Virus record (IMG/VR): IMGVR_UViG_3300045988_164158
From: a virus
Direction: 5' to 3' (one strand)
DNA: 51,657 bases
The translations under genes were made by a program, and so were the position numbers. The notes under the pieces are model-generated. The model did no database searches, was not told where the DNA came from, and was given only the letters and a program-made list of their open reading frames with translations. Every line of letters begins with the position of its first letter. Within the stretch, counting starts at the first letter, position 1. Below are positions 36,501-44,735 of this stretch, piece after piece.

Positions 36501-37561
36501 AATTTGTCGGCGGTTCAACACCTCCAAAAGATGTTGAAAATTTTAGAGTTACTGTTACAAACGGATTAGCGCTTTTTGAATGGACTCCGACTGATGATGT
36601 TGACATATCTCATTATGTAATTAAATATTCTTTGGATACAGAAGATGTTAGCTGGGAAAGTGCACAGACAGCTGTTGCAAGAGTTACCAGCAATACGGTT
36701 ACCATGATTATACATCGAGGTATGTATCTTATTAAAGCAGTTGATTTAATGGGTTTTGAAAGTAAGAATCCAACTACTATTATTTCAATTGACAGCGGTG
36801 CTTATAAAAATGTTGTTGAAGAATTGATACAGCATCCAAATTGGGAAGGGAGAAAAGAAAATACATACGCAAGTGGTGGTATTTTAACTTTATCTCCTGA
36901 AAAATCCCAAGGATATTATTATTTTAATCCAGAACCTTTAGATTTAGGAGAAGTATACGAATGTTCTTTAACAGCTGATGTTAAAAGTAATGCTGGAAAC
37001 CGTTCGCGTGTTAGAGATATAGTTTCGGTTCGTTCTGTGGAATCAATTCGAAATTTTAATCTTTATTATCAAATAAGAACTGTTGAAAATATTAGAGCTT
37101 TGGAAGAAATTCGTACATTTTCATCGGCAAATTGGGAAACTCGTCTTGAGATGAATTTAAGCGATGATAATGTAAATTGGACAGGGTGGCAACAGTTTTC
37201 CGCTTCTCAACATACGTTTAGATATTGTAAATTTAGAATATTTTTATTTATTGATAATTTATTTTTTACTCCGAATGTATTAAAAGCGACTGTTACTGTC
37301 GACATGCCTGATAGATATGAAAGCGGTGAAGATATTGTAATAGCAAATGCGGAACTTGGACGTAGCATAACATATGAAAACGCTTTCTGGAACAATCCTT
37401 CAGTTAATGTAACGGTTCAGGATGGTGCTGTTGATGATAGAGTTGAATTTATTAATAAAGATAATAAAGGCTTTACAGTTAAAATTTTTAATGCTACCTT
37501 AAACTCATATGTTACAAGGTCTTTTGACTATATTTCGGCAGGTTACGGAAAGGTTGTTTAA
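33521..37561 (+). CDS. tail tip / host specificity protein, gpI-gpJ-like fusion
   Basis: 1346 aa. The N-terminal 150 aa (a beta-grasp-like segment then the hydrophobic stretch AVMQVVITIVAIVATAYLG) resemble lambda gpI. The remainder is gpJ-like with FN3-type repeats. Confidence 0.7.
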   Translation: MLNEDIIVQKSVLPFRQNFETLRLQDCKTPQEIVNKLVPFNFVNCKLVVTLDGEILSKDKWNQKLKKGQIVSLNYVPTGGDDGKAVMQVVITIVAIVATAYLGPIAGEAIAAGNYGTAALAGAGIVAVSMVYSMAMNALMTTPKQSDGTLGYKDSQTQFIEGASNSINKFGVIPVNLGTNKMFPPQAALPYTETSGNDQYCRQLFTYGYGKVTVIERKLGETILDDYDYVEVEDKLNADLNSGTSLYANDIYQEDFSIKVTKEESPFIRTTQKDCDECILDFTFQGLVNGITQGKYAGLKLKTSVQFEIQFAPINTEDWSTSINGATIQEQSINADISVYLLYRFLNTWVCRRYFLALNTQTGDISIHSVDSKVNRLEYPSLSSEYVYLGYYENGSFHDLRQNLVGSSIESIDNFIVTTDVSDKSNALITVGSGNILGSTSMMTVTDATSRVLRVSRRIVFPARGQYQIKVNRLTDDSNIDSLLNDSYWTALKSITYRNPVNFPNISGTAMRIKATDQLNGTVNSYNAIVSTLMKSYNPDKDLWVDDVATSNPADIFRYVLQSPAFAKYEQITDDKIDLEKLKEWWIYCNSLNLTFNKVIDSDTSIDDVLNDICAAGVATLSKVDNVFSVIIDNERPYVKGLVTPRNSWDYKGNINYPELPDALRVEFRNAEIGYSTDERIVYMDGFDENNAKLFERLEFSSCTNADLAYWYGRRYFATALLQPETHTFKMDFEHLTFNRGDRINLVNDVILVGVGQGRIKELITDDENNVTGFVIDDEVNIPTSKNFAVRIRDNNGKGFNYYLLKQFVGVSNSFTFAQSLTAENAPAIGSLCAFVEDGKELDLIITQIKTTSNETATITAVDYAPARFTPIEEFPEWSSNITIPGDFYKPYAPELNGEIKSDESVMIRNSDGSLTSIMIIPLKNRNENSVIPVIQVKITGATEWFIPNTLKNDSNELVLTGLSDGSYYDISIRYQRQTGLQLLSDALYINNVKFVGGSTPPKDVENFRVTVTNGLALFEWTPTDDVDISHYVIKYSLDTEDVSWESAQTAVARVTSNTVTMIIHRGMYLIKAVDLMGFESKNPTTIISIDSGAYKNVVEELIQHPNWEGRKENTYASGGILTLSPEKSQGYYYFNPEPLDLGEVYECSLTADVKSNAGNRSRVRDIVSVRSVESIRNFNLYYQIRTVENIRALEEIRTFSSANWETRLEMNLSDDNVNWTGWQQFSASQHTFRYCKFRIFLFIDNLFFTPNVLKATVTVDMPDRYESGEDIVIANAELGRSITYENAFWNNPSVNVTVQDGAVDDRVEFINKDNKGFTVKIFNATLNSYVTRSFDYISAGYGKVV

Positions 37562-38098
37562 ATGTCACAAACGTTAGTAGATTTTTCAGGAAATCCTTCT
37601 GGTGCAGAATTGATGGATGATTATCTGACACCAATGCAAGAAAACATTTTAACATCTAACAGCGGCACAACCCGTCCTGATTATGCCAAAGAAGGAACTA
37701 AATGGATTGATAAAACTCAAACCCCTTGGCTTTTAAAACTTTATGATGGTTCACAAGATATTGTTCTCGGAGAACTTGACCCTAACAAACATTCTTTTGT
37801 AGCAACAGACCCGATGACGACAGCGGGTGATTTGATTGTTGAAGGCAATGATGGAATCCCGGTAAGATTAGCTGCTGGAACGGCAGGGCATGTTTTAACA
37901 TCTAATGGTCCGGGAACTTTGCCAAGTTATCAATTAGGTGTTTATGCAAATACTGATTTAAGTAATTTAACTGACGCAGGTAATACTGTTATTGATAATC
38001 GCGTAATAAATCTTATGAATAGTCGTCTTCAGGTAGTTAATAGTTTACCAGAAAATCCTGATTTAGATACGTTTTACTTTATTAAAGAGAGTATTTAA
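37562..38098 (+). CDS. tail fibre protein
   Basis: Position. Ser/Thr/Gly-rich. Confidence 0.45.
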   Translation: MSQTLVDFSGNPSGAELMDDYLTPMQENILTSNSGTTRPDYAKEGTKWIDKTQTPWLLKLYDGSQDIVLGELDPNKHSFVATDPMTTAGDLIVEGNDGIPVRLAAGTAGHVLTSNGPGTLPSYQLGVYANTDLSNLTDAGNTVIDNRVINLMNSRLQVVNSLPENPDLDTFYFIKESI

Positions 38099-39699
38099 TG
38101 ACTGTTTATAAAAGCTCATCGAAAATTGCCGATACTGGCGTTCATGGTATTAATTTCGGGAGTCAGCAAATCAAACAGATTTTTACGGCTCCGAGAACAA
38201 ACGGAATTACTTATATTCCGCAGGACATAAAATTTGAGATTGTTGATGGTACAACGCCGACCCTGTATGCCGGAAGCGAAGTCTGGGTTCCTTATGGCCG
38301 TAACGCTCCTGAATATTCAATCGGCGACAGTCTGAACAGTGGCATTATCACGGCTATAAGCTGGGACGGTTCGGCTTTGTTTTATAAGGTTCGTTATGAT
38401 ACAGACCTTAGCATTGACATCACTTCAGACCCGGCGATTGCCGAGTTCGTGACTTCAATATCTCCATCCTACAGTTTCTGGTGGTTCAATCCCACCTACA
38501 GTCAGGATACGGCGCCAAGCGGCTTCGGACAGTATGCGCTTTGGTACGATACGGCGGAAAATATTGTAAAAATTACGATTGATTCCGGTTCAACGTGGCA
38601 AAATTACGCGTCGCTTCCTGTTGGTGTTTTTACAATGGCTGGCACCGGCGCCACAAAGACGCTTAAATATGTTTTTAACGGCGTCGGCTATATCGGCACG
38701 ACGGTTTTTGCGGTTCCGGGCGTGAAGGGGCTGATGGCCGACGGGTTGAACGAGGACGGCAGCTATAAAACTATTTCCAGAACTATTGAATATATGACGT
38801 ATCGCAATTTGAATTTTTCGAGAGAAAAATTTTATTGTTTCATCAGAATGGATTTGCACGGAATCGACGGCGAACATTACATCGAAGCGGACGAGTTACC
38901 GGAGACGGCAAAACAGTACACAGTTTGTTACCGAAAAACAGATAATACCCTTTGGTGGACGACAGAAGCCAACAGCACTTCATGGTTTCAGATTTGGGCT
39001 ATTCCGGTTGGTTTTATATCATGCGACGACACAAAAATAACATCTTGGGAACCGGCTAAAAACTTTATAAAGGTTTATCAATACAATTCCTATGAACCGC
39101 AACAAATACTTGTTAACATAAGCGGTACTGCGTCAACCGACATTACATTCAAGAGAGGGGTATACTACATCCGGGCGCAGGGCGCTGGCGGTGGCGGCGG
39201 TAATTATGCATATCCTTATGGTAATGGTAACGGCGGTGGTTCTGGCGCAGGTTTTGAAGGATATATTTATGTAAGAAAAGAATTTTCATCGAGTGTTACT
39301 ACAGGAGTTGGTGGAGGTAGCGCATCCGCTGGCGCAAACACTCAAATAAACGGGGTTATGCTGTTAGGTGGTGGTCAAGCCGGTCCAACCACTTCGGGAG
39401 GAACTGTTGACCCATCTGGTGTACCCGGTACTATTACTATTGATAGTAATAATTTGAATAATCTTTTTACTATTGTATCGGCTACCGTAAATCGTAACGG
39501 TAATTACGGTTCCAAAGCCATTGGCGGCAATAGCGTATTAACTAACTCAGGTGCCGGTCAATCTGGCGGTGGTGCCGCTACTGCACCGGGTGCGGGTGGC
39601 GGTGGAACGTCATCCATTGGCGGCAAGGGCGGTCCCGGTGGCGATGGAGAATGCCTTATTCAGTATATTGGTTATGAACCCGAGGGGGGGGGTAACTAA
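38098..39699 (+). CDS. tail fibre protein, Gly-rich C-terminus, terminated immediately after a G9 homopolymer
   Basis: 533 aa. GAGGGGGNYAYPYGNGNGGGSGAG repeats. Locally GC-rich. The stop lies 7 nt after the G9 tract (39684-39692). Confidence 0.6.
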   Translation: MTVYKSSSKIADTGVHGINFGSQQIKQIFTAPRTNGITYIPQDIKFEIVDGTTPTLYAGSEVWVPYGRNAPEYSIGDSLNSGIITAISWDGSALFYKVRYDTDLSIDITSDPAIAEFVTSISPSYSFWWFNPTYSQDTAPSGFGQYALWYDTAENIVKITIDSGSTWQNYASLPVGVFTMAGTGATKTLKYVFNGVGYIGTTVFAVPGVKGLMADGLNEDGSYKTISRTIEYMTYRNLNFSREKFYCFIRMDLHGIDGEHYIEADELPETAKQYTVCYRKTDNTLWWTTEANSTSWFQIWAIPVGFISCDDTKITSWEPAKNFIKVYQYNSYEPQQILVNISGTASTDITFKRGVYYIRAQGAGGGGGNYAYPYGNGNGGGSGAGFEGYIYVRKEFSSSVTTGVGGGSASAGANTQINGVMLLGGGQAGPTTSGGTVDPSGVPGTITIDSNNLNNLFTIVSATVNRNGNYGSKAIGGNSVLTNSGAGQSGGGAATAPGAGGGGTSSIGGKGGPGGDGECLIQYIGYEPEGGGN

Positions 39700-40195
39700 G
39701 CTAGAGTATTTTCAAACCCCAACATTAACTGCGTCAATAACCCCTGTTGCAGAGGGTAATATTGTCGTAACCTCAAGCTACAATAATACGAGTTCTTGGA
39801 ACAATTTGTGCAACAACAGTTATATTATGAGGAATACTATTTCAACTACCTCTGATAGCGGTTATTGGCAGATGAATGGTTCTAATACTCAATGGCTGCA
39901 AATTAAATTTCCCTATACATTGATAATAAAGGGAATGACAATCGCAAGCCGACCGAATGATAATTATACCGGAACGGTAACGGCCTATACGAACGCCGAT
40001 AAAATCGTTAATATGGGTTCGGTTACGACCAACGCTAAAGCAACCAACTTTACATTAACTAACATAGGAATTGGAGCTTTTGTAACAGATACAATTTATC
40101 TTTATATTACGGATATGAATGAATGGTACGGTTTGCAGAATTTGCAGATAAGAGGATATAAGGTTTTAGACAAATCTCTCTCTCTCTTTCTCTGA
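39551..40195 (+). CDS. tail fibre C-terminal module in a shifted frame (out of frame with the 38098..39699 gene because of the G9 tract). Coding sequence probably begins only after 39693.
   Basis: Downstream of the G tract the frame-2 translation (KLEYFQTPTLTASITPVAEGNIVV...) is fibre-like. The upstream 140 nt of the track ORF overlap the Gly-rich gene in another frame and are unlikely to be coding. Confidence 0.45.
   Translation: MPVNLAVVPLLHRVRVAVERHPLAARAVPVAMENALFSILVMNPRGGVTKLEYFQTPTLTASITPVAEGNIVVTSSYNNTSSWNNLCNNSYIMRNTISTTSDSGYWQMNGSNTQWLQIKFPYTLIIKGMTIASRPNDNYTGTVTAYTNADKIVNMGSVTTNAKATNFTLTNIGIGAFVTDTIYLYITDMNEWYGLQNLQIRGYKVLDKSLSLFL
39684..39692. repeat. G9 homopolymeric tract at the junction between two tail-fibre reading frames
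   Basis: Only G/C homopolymer of 8 or more in the window. A change of -1 or +2 G fuses the 38098 ORF to the downstream fibre domain. Confidence 0.9.
40175..40193. repeat. (TC)n dinucleotide tract (TCTCTCTCTCTCTTTCTCT) at the 3' end of the fibre module, ending in its stop codon
   Basis: Direct reading. Adding one TC unit puts the downstream 40218 ORF in frame. Confidence 0.85.
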
Positions 40196-40217
40196 GCCAG
40201 ACCCAGAGCCAAGTGAA

Positions 40218-40502
40218 GTGACTTATTATTGCTATGATGATACGGGAAGTAATTACACTTATTTGTATACAACGACAACCAATTTTGTAGTTGGCAAACC
40301 TGTTACTTTTCATATCAATAAGCAAATAAAAGATAATGTTGCGTATACAGAGTTGGCGACTTCTTCCGCCGATTTTAACGATACTGTTTCAGTAACCCCG
40401 ACGAACTTGGGAACAAATACTTTTAAATATGAATTATTAATGTCTGGATATTACTTAACTTATGAATTCAAACGAACCCCTGATTATGATTTTACAGAAT
40501 AA
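40218..40502 (+). CDS. hypothetical fibre-associated protein / possible distal fibre domain (GTG start)
   Basis: ORF in frame 0. The frame is open for 48 nt upstream, back through the TC tract. Confidence 0.35.
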   Translation: MTYYCYDDTGSNYTYLYTTTTNFVVGKPVTFHINKQIKDNVAYTELATSSADFNDTVSVTPTNLGTNTFKYELLMSGYYLTYEFKRTPDYDFTE

Positions 40503-40504
40503 TT

Positions 40505-40803
40505 AGGCAGTTCTCTCCCAGATATTAACGGCCAAATTTGTTCTGGTTATTGTCGCTTTAAGACCTGATTTGGTAGAATCGGTAGTTACGCCGTAGATTC
40601 CTCGACTGACACCAGTACCAGCAGATGAAGAAAGAACTTCACTAGCGTTTCTACCATAAGCGGTTTTTTCAGCATATAAAACATCGTTTGTACCTTGAAT
40701 AATGCCATATTTGCCATTGGGATTTGCAGAAACATTTACAGGACCTTGTAAGCCAAGAGCTAAACCATTACCTGCAACACTTGCGGATGTATTAACATCA
40801 ATA
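40505..40803 (-). pseudogene. start-less antisense ORF fragment (about 100 aa) resembling a tail-fibre C-terminal segment
   Basis: Minus-strand open frame IVIDVNTSASVAGNG...NIWERTA with no ATG/GTG/TTG start (TGA immediately upstream). Its N-terminus resembles TITIDSNNL...NGNYG of the 38098 gene. Confidence 0.35.
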
Positions 40804-41006
40804 ACAATATTTCAGAACGTCATAAAATTATCATTAAATCCAGATATATCGACAAGCTTAAATTTAAGCAAATACCTGATGTTAAAGGTGTTAATTGTGA
40901 ATTAAGACATGTCATGAATTTGCATAAAGAAGTCATAGACAAACTTATAAATCTTTAAAATCAATACTTTATCTTTACATATTTTCAACATTTTAAATTT
41001 TATACA

Positions 41007-41050
41007 ACCTTGCTACTTTACAAATGGAGAGCAAGGTTATTTTGTACTTT
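41007..41050 (+). terminator. rho-independent terminator closing the tail-fibre region
   Basis: AACCTTGCT...AGCAAGGTT 9-bp stem followed by ATTTTGTACTTT. Confidence 0.55.
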
Positions 41051-41101
41051 ATCAATTCTTTCAAAATTATCCTCTCTCTGTATTTTAAAGGGAGTTAAAC
41101 C

Positions 41102-41503
41102 ATGTTTGAAAATAATACATTAAATCAGTACAGCTCAAACAATCAAAGTTTTATCGGCTTTGTACAAAATGGAAAAATATTTAATTCTTATGGGCAGCAG
41201 CTTGGTTATATCACAGATGAATACAATAAAGCTATTGAAACAGCTAAAGGTTTTCAACAGAAATTGATAGAAGCCGGAATACTTGTAAAACCTAAAACAC
41301 CTGAAGAAATAAATCAGGAATTACAAGAAACGTTAAAACAAACTCAAACAATGATGACAGAAATGTCCAATACTATCATTTCCTTAAATGAAAAAGTCAA
41401 TAAATTAGAGGAGAAGAAAGATGTTCAACAAGCAGTCAATCCTGTCAATGGCAGGACGATTCTTACCACAAGAAAAGATTCAACTCCTAAGTCAGGCGTA
41501 TGA
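41102..41503 (+). CDS. hypothetical protein
   Basis: ORF with AAGGGAG Shine-Dalgarno. Confidence 0.4.
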   Translation: MFENNTLNQYSSNNQSFIGFVQNGKIFNSYGQQLGYITDEYNKAIETAKGFQQKLIEAGILVKPKTPEEINQELQETLKQTQTMMTEMSNTIISLNEKVNKLEEKKDVQQAVNPVNGRTILTTRKDSTPKSGV

Positions 41504-41768
41504 TTTTGCTAATAAAATAACTGACATTACGCAAAACCCGAAAGAAGCTTTAGAAAAAGCCGGTGTTACTCGAGAAGATTTGGAAAAAGCGAAAAAACTT
41601 ATAAACAATCCTATGGCTGGTTTTTTTCTCGGTGATAAAAAACAATCAGTTATTGACGGATTAAATAGAGCCGAATCGTTATTCGATAAACAAGTTAACT
41701 CATTATCTGAACAAGCCCCGGTTAATGAGTTAGAGCAATTGCAAGCTAATCTTGCAAGGCTTAAGTAA
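41421..41768 (+). CDS. hypothetical protein (overlaps the previous ORF in another frame)
   Basis: GAGGAG Shine-Dalgarno 7 nt upstream of the ATG at 41421. Confidence 0.4.
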   Translation: MFNKQSILSMAGRFLPQEKIQLLSQAYDFANKITDITQNPKEALEKAGVTREDLEKAKKLINNPMAGFFLGDKKQSVIDGLNRAESLFDKQVNSLSEQAPVNELEQLQANLARLK

Positions 41769-41793
41769 TGTCGGGCTTAACGGAGAATATATA

Positions 41794-42369
41794 ATGGATA
41801 AAGAATCTTATAGTTGGGGAGGGATTGGTTTTCTTGCCTTGTTCTTCCTGATTATCATTGCTTTTTGGGGCCGTGGTGGTAACGGTTTTGGTTGGGGTAA
41901 TAACTGCGGTAACGGTTTTGCCCCTTTTGGTGATGGTATTGGTTTCGGTGCTTCTAGTTATGGTTTCCAGAATTATCGTGCAACCTGTGATGCTGAAAAA
42001 TCTGAAATCATCAATACCGCCCGTACTCAGTATCTGGTAGAACAGCAGGCTGCTGGCACTCGTGAGCTGGTTAATGCAACGGCTAATGCAACTCAGACCA
42101 AAATTGATTTTTATGCTTATCAGGCAGAACGTGACAAAGTTGCTGACCGTGACCGTAGAATTATGTCTTTGGAAAATCAGCTGTTTATGAAAGACCAGCT
42201 TGCAGCGTTGACGGCTTCAATTGCTGATATTCGTTGCAACATGCTTACCCGTCCGAATATTACCGGGGTTGGTGCGGTTTGCCCGAATGCTGGTGTTTTG
42301 AACGGTTTAGGAATTGACCGTTTCACTGGTTGCGGCTGTGGTTGCAACAGTAACAGTGTTCTAGTTTAG
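41794..42369 (+). CDS. membrane protein with N-terminal TM helix and glycine-zipper-like Gly-rich segment
   Basis: Start at MDKESY with GGAGA Shine-Dalgarno. GIGFLALFFLIIIAFWGRGGNGFGWGNNCGNGF. C-terminal CGCGC. Confidence 0.4.
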   Translation: MDKESYSWGGIGFLALFFLIIIAFWGRGGNGFGWGNNCGNGFAPFGDGIGFGASSYGFQNYRATCDAEKSEIINTARTQYLVEQQAAGTRELVNATANATQTKIDFYAYQAERDKVADRDRRIMSLENQLFMKDQLAALTASIADIRCNMLTRPNITGVGAVCPNAGVLNGLGIDRFTGCGCGCNSNSVLV

Positions 42370-42382
42370 TTAACTCCCGTTC

Positions 42383-42415
42383 GGGGGCTGAAATACGCCC
42401 CCTGATTTTTCTTTT
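42383..42415 (+). terminator. rho-independent terminator
   Basis: GGGGGC-TGAAATAC-GCCCCC followed by TGATTTTTCTTTT. Confidence 0.65.
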
Positions 42416-42429
42416 ATTGGAGAAATAAA

Positions 42430-42825
42430 ATGACTTGTAATTGTGATATTTTAACTATCAAATCAACTTCTATTGCTATGGCTGGAAGTCAATTGTTAAT
42501 CAATATTCCTGCTGTAACATTGGCAAATCATCAAGAATTTAGACTTATTTTATGTCAGCCGATTCCAACAGCAGCTGGTGTTAGTCAGGTTCTTTTGCAG
42601 ACCCCTACACAAACTATTGAAATGCGTTTACGCACGGGTAACTATGTAAGAGCAGACCAAATTAAATGTCGCAGATGCTATGATATGGTCTACGGCAATA
42701 ACCCTGTTCATGCTTCAATGCTTTGTTTGTTGAAAAAAAGTTGTTACGACGTAGCATTTCCAACTGGGGCGGCAACGTCTACAGCAACGGCTGCTGCAAA
42801 AACAAATGTAACTCAAAAGGTGTAA
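42430..42825 (+). CDS. hypothetical protein
   Basis: ORF with GGAGA Shine-Dalgarno, set between terminators. Confidence 0.4.
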   Translation: MTCNCDILTIKSTSIAMAGSQLLINIPAVTLANHQEFRLILCQPIPTAAGVSQVLLQTPTQTIEMRLRTGNYVRADQIKCRRCYDMVYGNNPVHASMLCLLKKSCYDVAFPTGAATSTATAAAKTNVTQKV

Positions 42826-42828
42826 GAA

Positions 42829-43005
42829 ATGCAAGGGCTTGGTAAATTTATCATAGGCTATATTTTAGGTAATGAAAAAGCTAGAAATTGGTGTATTGAA
42901 AAAATATGCCAAGCCTCTTGTATTATTGAAAAAGAATTAAAAAAGACACCTATCGCAAAACTCGTAAATAAGGAGAGTAAAGATGAAATTTCAGGAAATA
43001 ATTAA
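42829..43005 (+). CDS. small hypothetical protein (58 aa), not in the ORF track
   Basis: AAGGTG Shine-Dalgarno 7 nt upstream of the ATG. Overlaps the start of the next gene. Confidence 0.25.
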   Translation: MQGLGKFIIGYILGNEKARNWCIEKICQASCIIEKELKKTPIAKLVNKESKDEISGNN

Positions 43006-43426
43006 AGAATATACATGCTCCGATTCTGAAAAAGATATGTATATTTTAACTGAAATGATTGATGATTTTATTTGTGAAGTTAAAACTCTTCATCCTGAAA
43101 TAGTTAATCATTTTTTAAGAAATTTGCAAATGTATCAGCATCCTTTGCGTGACAGGGAGACGGCTGAATATGCAGTTTCAAAACTTAAAAATGAAGACGG
43201 TTCCGTTGGGGAACATTGGGATTTTGAAACAACGTCTAAACTTGCTGACAAATATGAAATACACGATAAACCTGCGTTCTATTATGTACTCAATATGATT
43301 TACAGTGATTTATATGAATCAGGCCGGTCCGATTCAGAGTATGTTAAAGATGCTGTAAAATTTATAAATGATAAGGATGCTCCTCATGATAAAGCTGAAA
43401 GATATTATCGTGCTATGAATTATTAA
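42983..43426 (+). CDS. hypothetical protein
   Basis: ORF with AAGGAGAG Shine-Dalgarno. Confidence 0.4.
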   Translation: MKFQEIIKEYTCSDSEKDMYILTEMIDDFICEVKTLHPEIVNHFLRNLQMYQHPLRDRETAEYAVSKLKNEDGSVGEHWDFETTSKLADKYEIHDKPAFYYVLNMIYSDLYESGRSDSEYVKDAVKFINDKDAPHDKAERYYRAMNY

Positions 43427-43445
43427 TGTTGACATTTTCATTGAT

Positions 43446-43476
43446 AGGGGCTACGCTAAAAACAGCCCCTTTTTTG
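43446..43476 (+). terminator. rho-independent terminator
   Basis: AGGGGCT...AGCCCCT stem followed by TTTTTTG. Confidence 0.6.
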
Positions 43477-43492
43477 TCAAAGGGTATAATTT

Positions 43493-43858
43493 ATGAGAAG
43501 TAAATCAATGACACAACCTCAACAAAGAGTAGCTCTTGACATGATATTAGCCGAAGAAAATCACGGCGGTCTGTCATCGGCAGCTTTGTTGCTTCATCAA
43601 AAACAGGCTGAAGATGCCGAAAAAATGGATAAAAGAATGTGTGAAATTGAAAAAAAAGTCGATACCCTTGATAAAAAATTTGATTCTCTCGATAAAAAAG
43701 TTGATGAAATAAAAGATTTAATAGCCAAAAAAACAAGTTTTATAGAAAATATAAAAGAAATTTTAAGTAATAAAATTTTTATTTACCTATTGATAATTAT
43801 CACTGCCTCCGCCTGCGGTGTTCAAGTTGCAGATTTAGGAACGTTTTTATTTAAATAA
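43493..43858 (+). CDS. coiled-coil protein with C-terminal TM helix (lysis-associated or holin-like candidate)
   Basis: KKVDTLDKKFDSLDKKVDEIKDL coiled coil, then IFIYLLIIITASACGV. Confidence 0.35.
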   Translation: MRSKSMTQPQQRVALDMILAEENHGGLSSAALLLHQKQAEDAEKMDKRMCEIEKKVDTLDKKFDSLDKKVDEIKDLIAKKTSFIENIKEILSNKIFIYLLIIITASACGVQVADLGTFLFK

Positions 43859-44152
43859 AAAAGAAAGGGTTGATAATGAATGTTGGAAAAGTAACTTTAA
43901 ATAAAAACATGGCGATTTAAATCTGTTTATACTGGTAATGTTTGGAGAACTGCTGTAGCTACTCCGTTAGCAAATATTAAAGCAGGGGATACAGGTATTA
44001 CAAGTATTAATTATATCGGATATAGAATTTTAGACGATGATAATATTGCACACAAAAGTGATATTGAATCGTTAACTAATCTTATAAACGATTTAACAAC
44101 TAGATTAACAGCTTTAGAAAATAAAACATAGTTATAACGAAAAGGGGGTAAT

Positions 44153-44734
44153 ATGATTTATCTGATTTCATTGGGAATTGTCGTTATTTCGGCGCTGTTA
44201 TGGCGCATTCGCGGCGGACTTTGGAAAGAATATATCCCGGAAAATAAAATCTGGTATGCGCTTTTTTTCGGCATTTTGGGGTATTTTTATTTTGGAAACA
44301 GCCTCGAGAAAGCCGTTGTCGGCTGCATTGCTTGTTTCACGTCTTATAAGCTTTATGGCTGGGGACTGTATATCGGTCGGCTGCTGGAGGGCGGCCAGCT
44401 TAATCCGAACCTTGTGCAATATCGGGAGTGTGAGCTGATAGACGATTTGCTTTATTCCTGCCGAATTACTTTTAAAGGCAAAACTATCTGGTTGTATGAA
44501 TATCCGAAACTGTTCGGCTTTTGCGGTACGACGTTGACCGGTCTAATCATTACATTTTTGTGGGGTTTGTATTTTGGCAGCCTGCCGCTAATGCTTTCCG
44601 GTATTGCAATGGGTGTGTGTTACTGGGGTGGCGGTTTGCTTGAGAAACTTAAAGCGCTGGGAAAATCCGGCTGGAATTGGGGGGAATACATCTTCGGTGC
44701 TTATCTCGGCGGCTGGCTGGTGTGGATAATTTAA
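44153..44734 (+). CDS. multi-pass membrane protein, probable holin
   Basis: Four or more hydrophobic helices immediately upstream of the endolysin gene. The gene is a local GC-rich island. Confidence 0.45.
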   Translation: MIYLISLGIVVISALLWRIRGGLWKEYIPENKIWYALFFGILGYFYFGNSLEKAVVGCIACFTSYKLYGWGLYIGRLLEGGQLNPNLVQYRECELIDDLLYSCRITFKGKTIWLYEYPKLFGFCGTTLTGLIITFLWGLYFGSLPLMLSGIAMGVCYWGGGLLEKLKALGKSGWNWGEYIFGAYLGGWLVWII

Positions 44735-44735
44735 T

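Noticed and set aside
39684-39692. Treating the G9 tract simply as a sequencing error and merging the fibre ORFs
   Set aside because: Not rejected outright, but not adopted. A second independent frameshift at a (TC)n repeat in the same locus argues for biological simple-sequence-repeat switching. Read-level data are needed.
40702-40905. 67-aa plus-strand track ORF
   Set aside because: It lies antisense to the start-less fibre-like fragment and has no Shine-Dalgarno.
44178-44438. Alternative-frame ORF and antisense ORF inside the holin gene
   Set aside because: They arise from the locally high GC content. The multi-TM frame is the coherent one.
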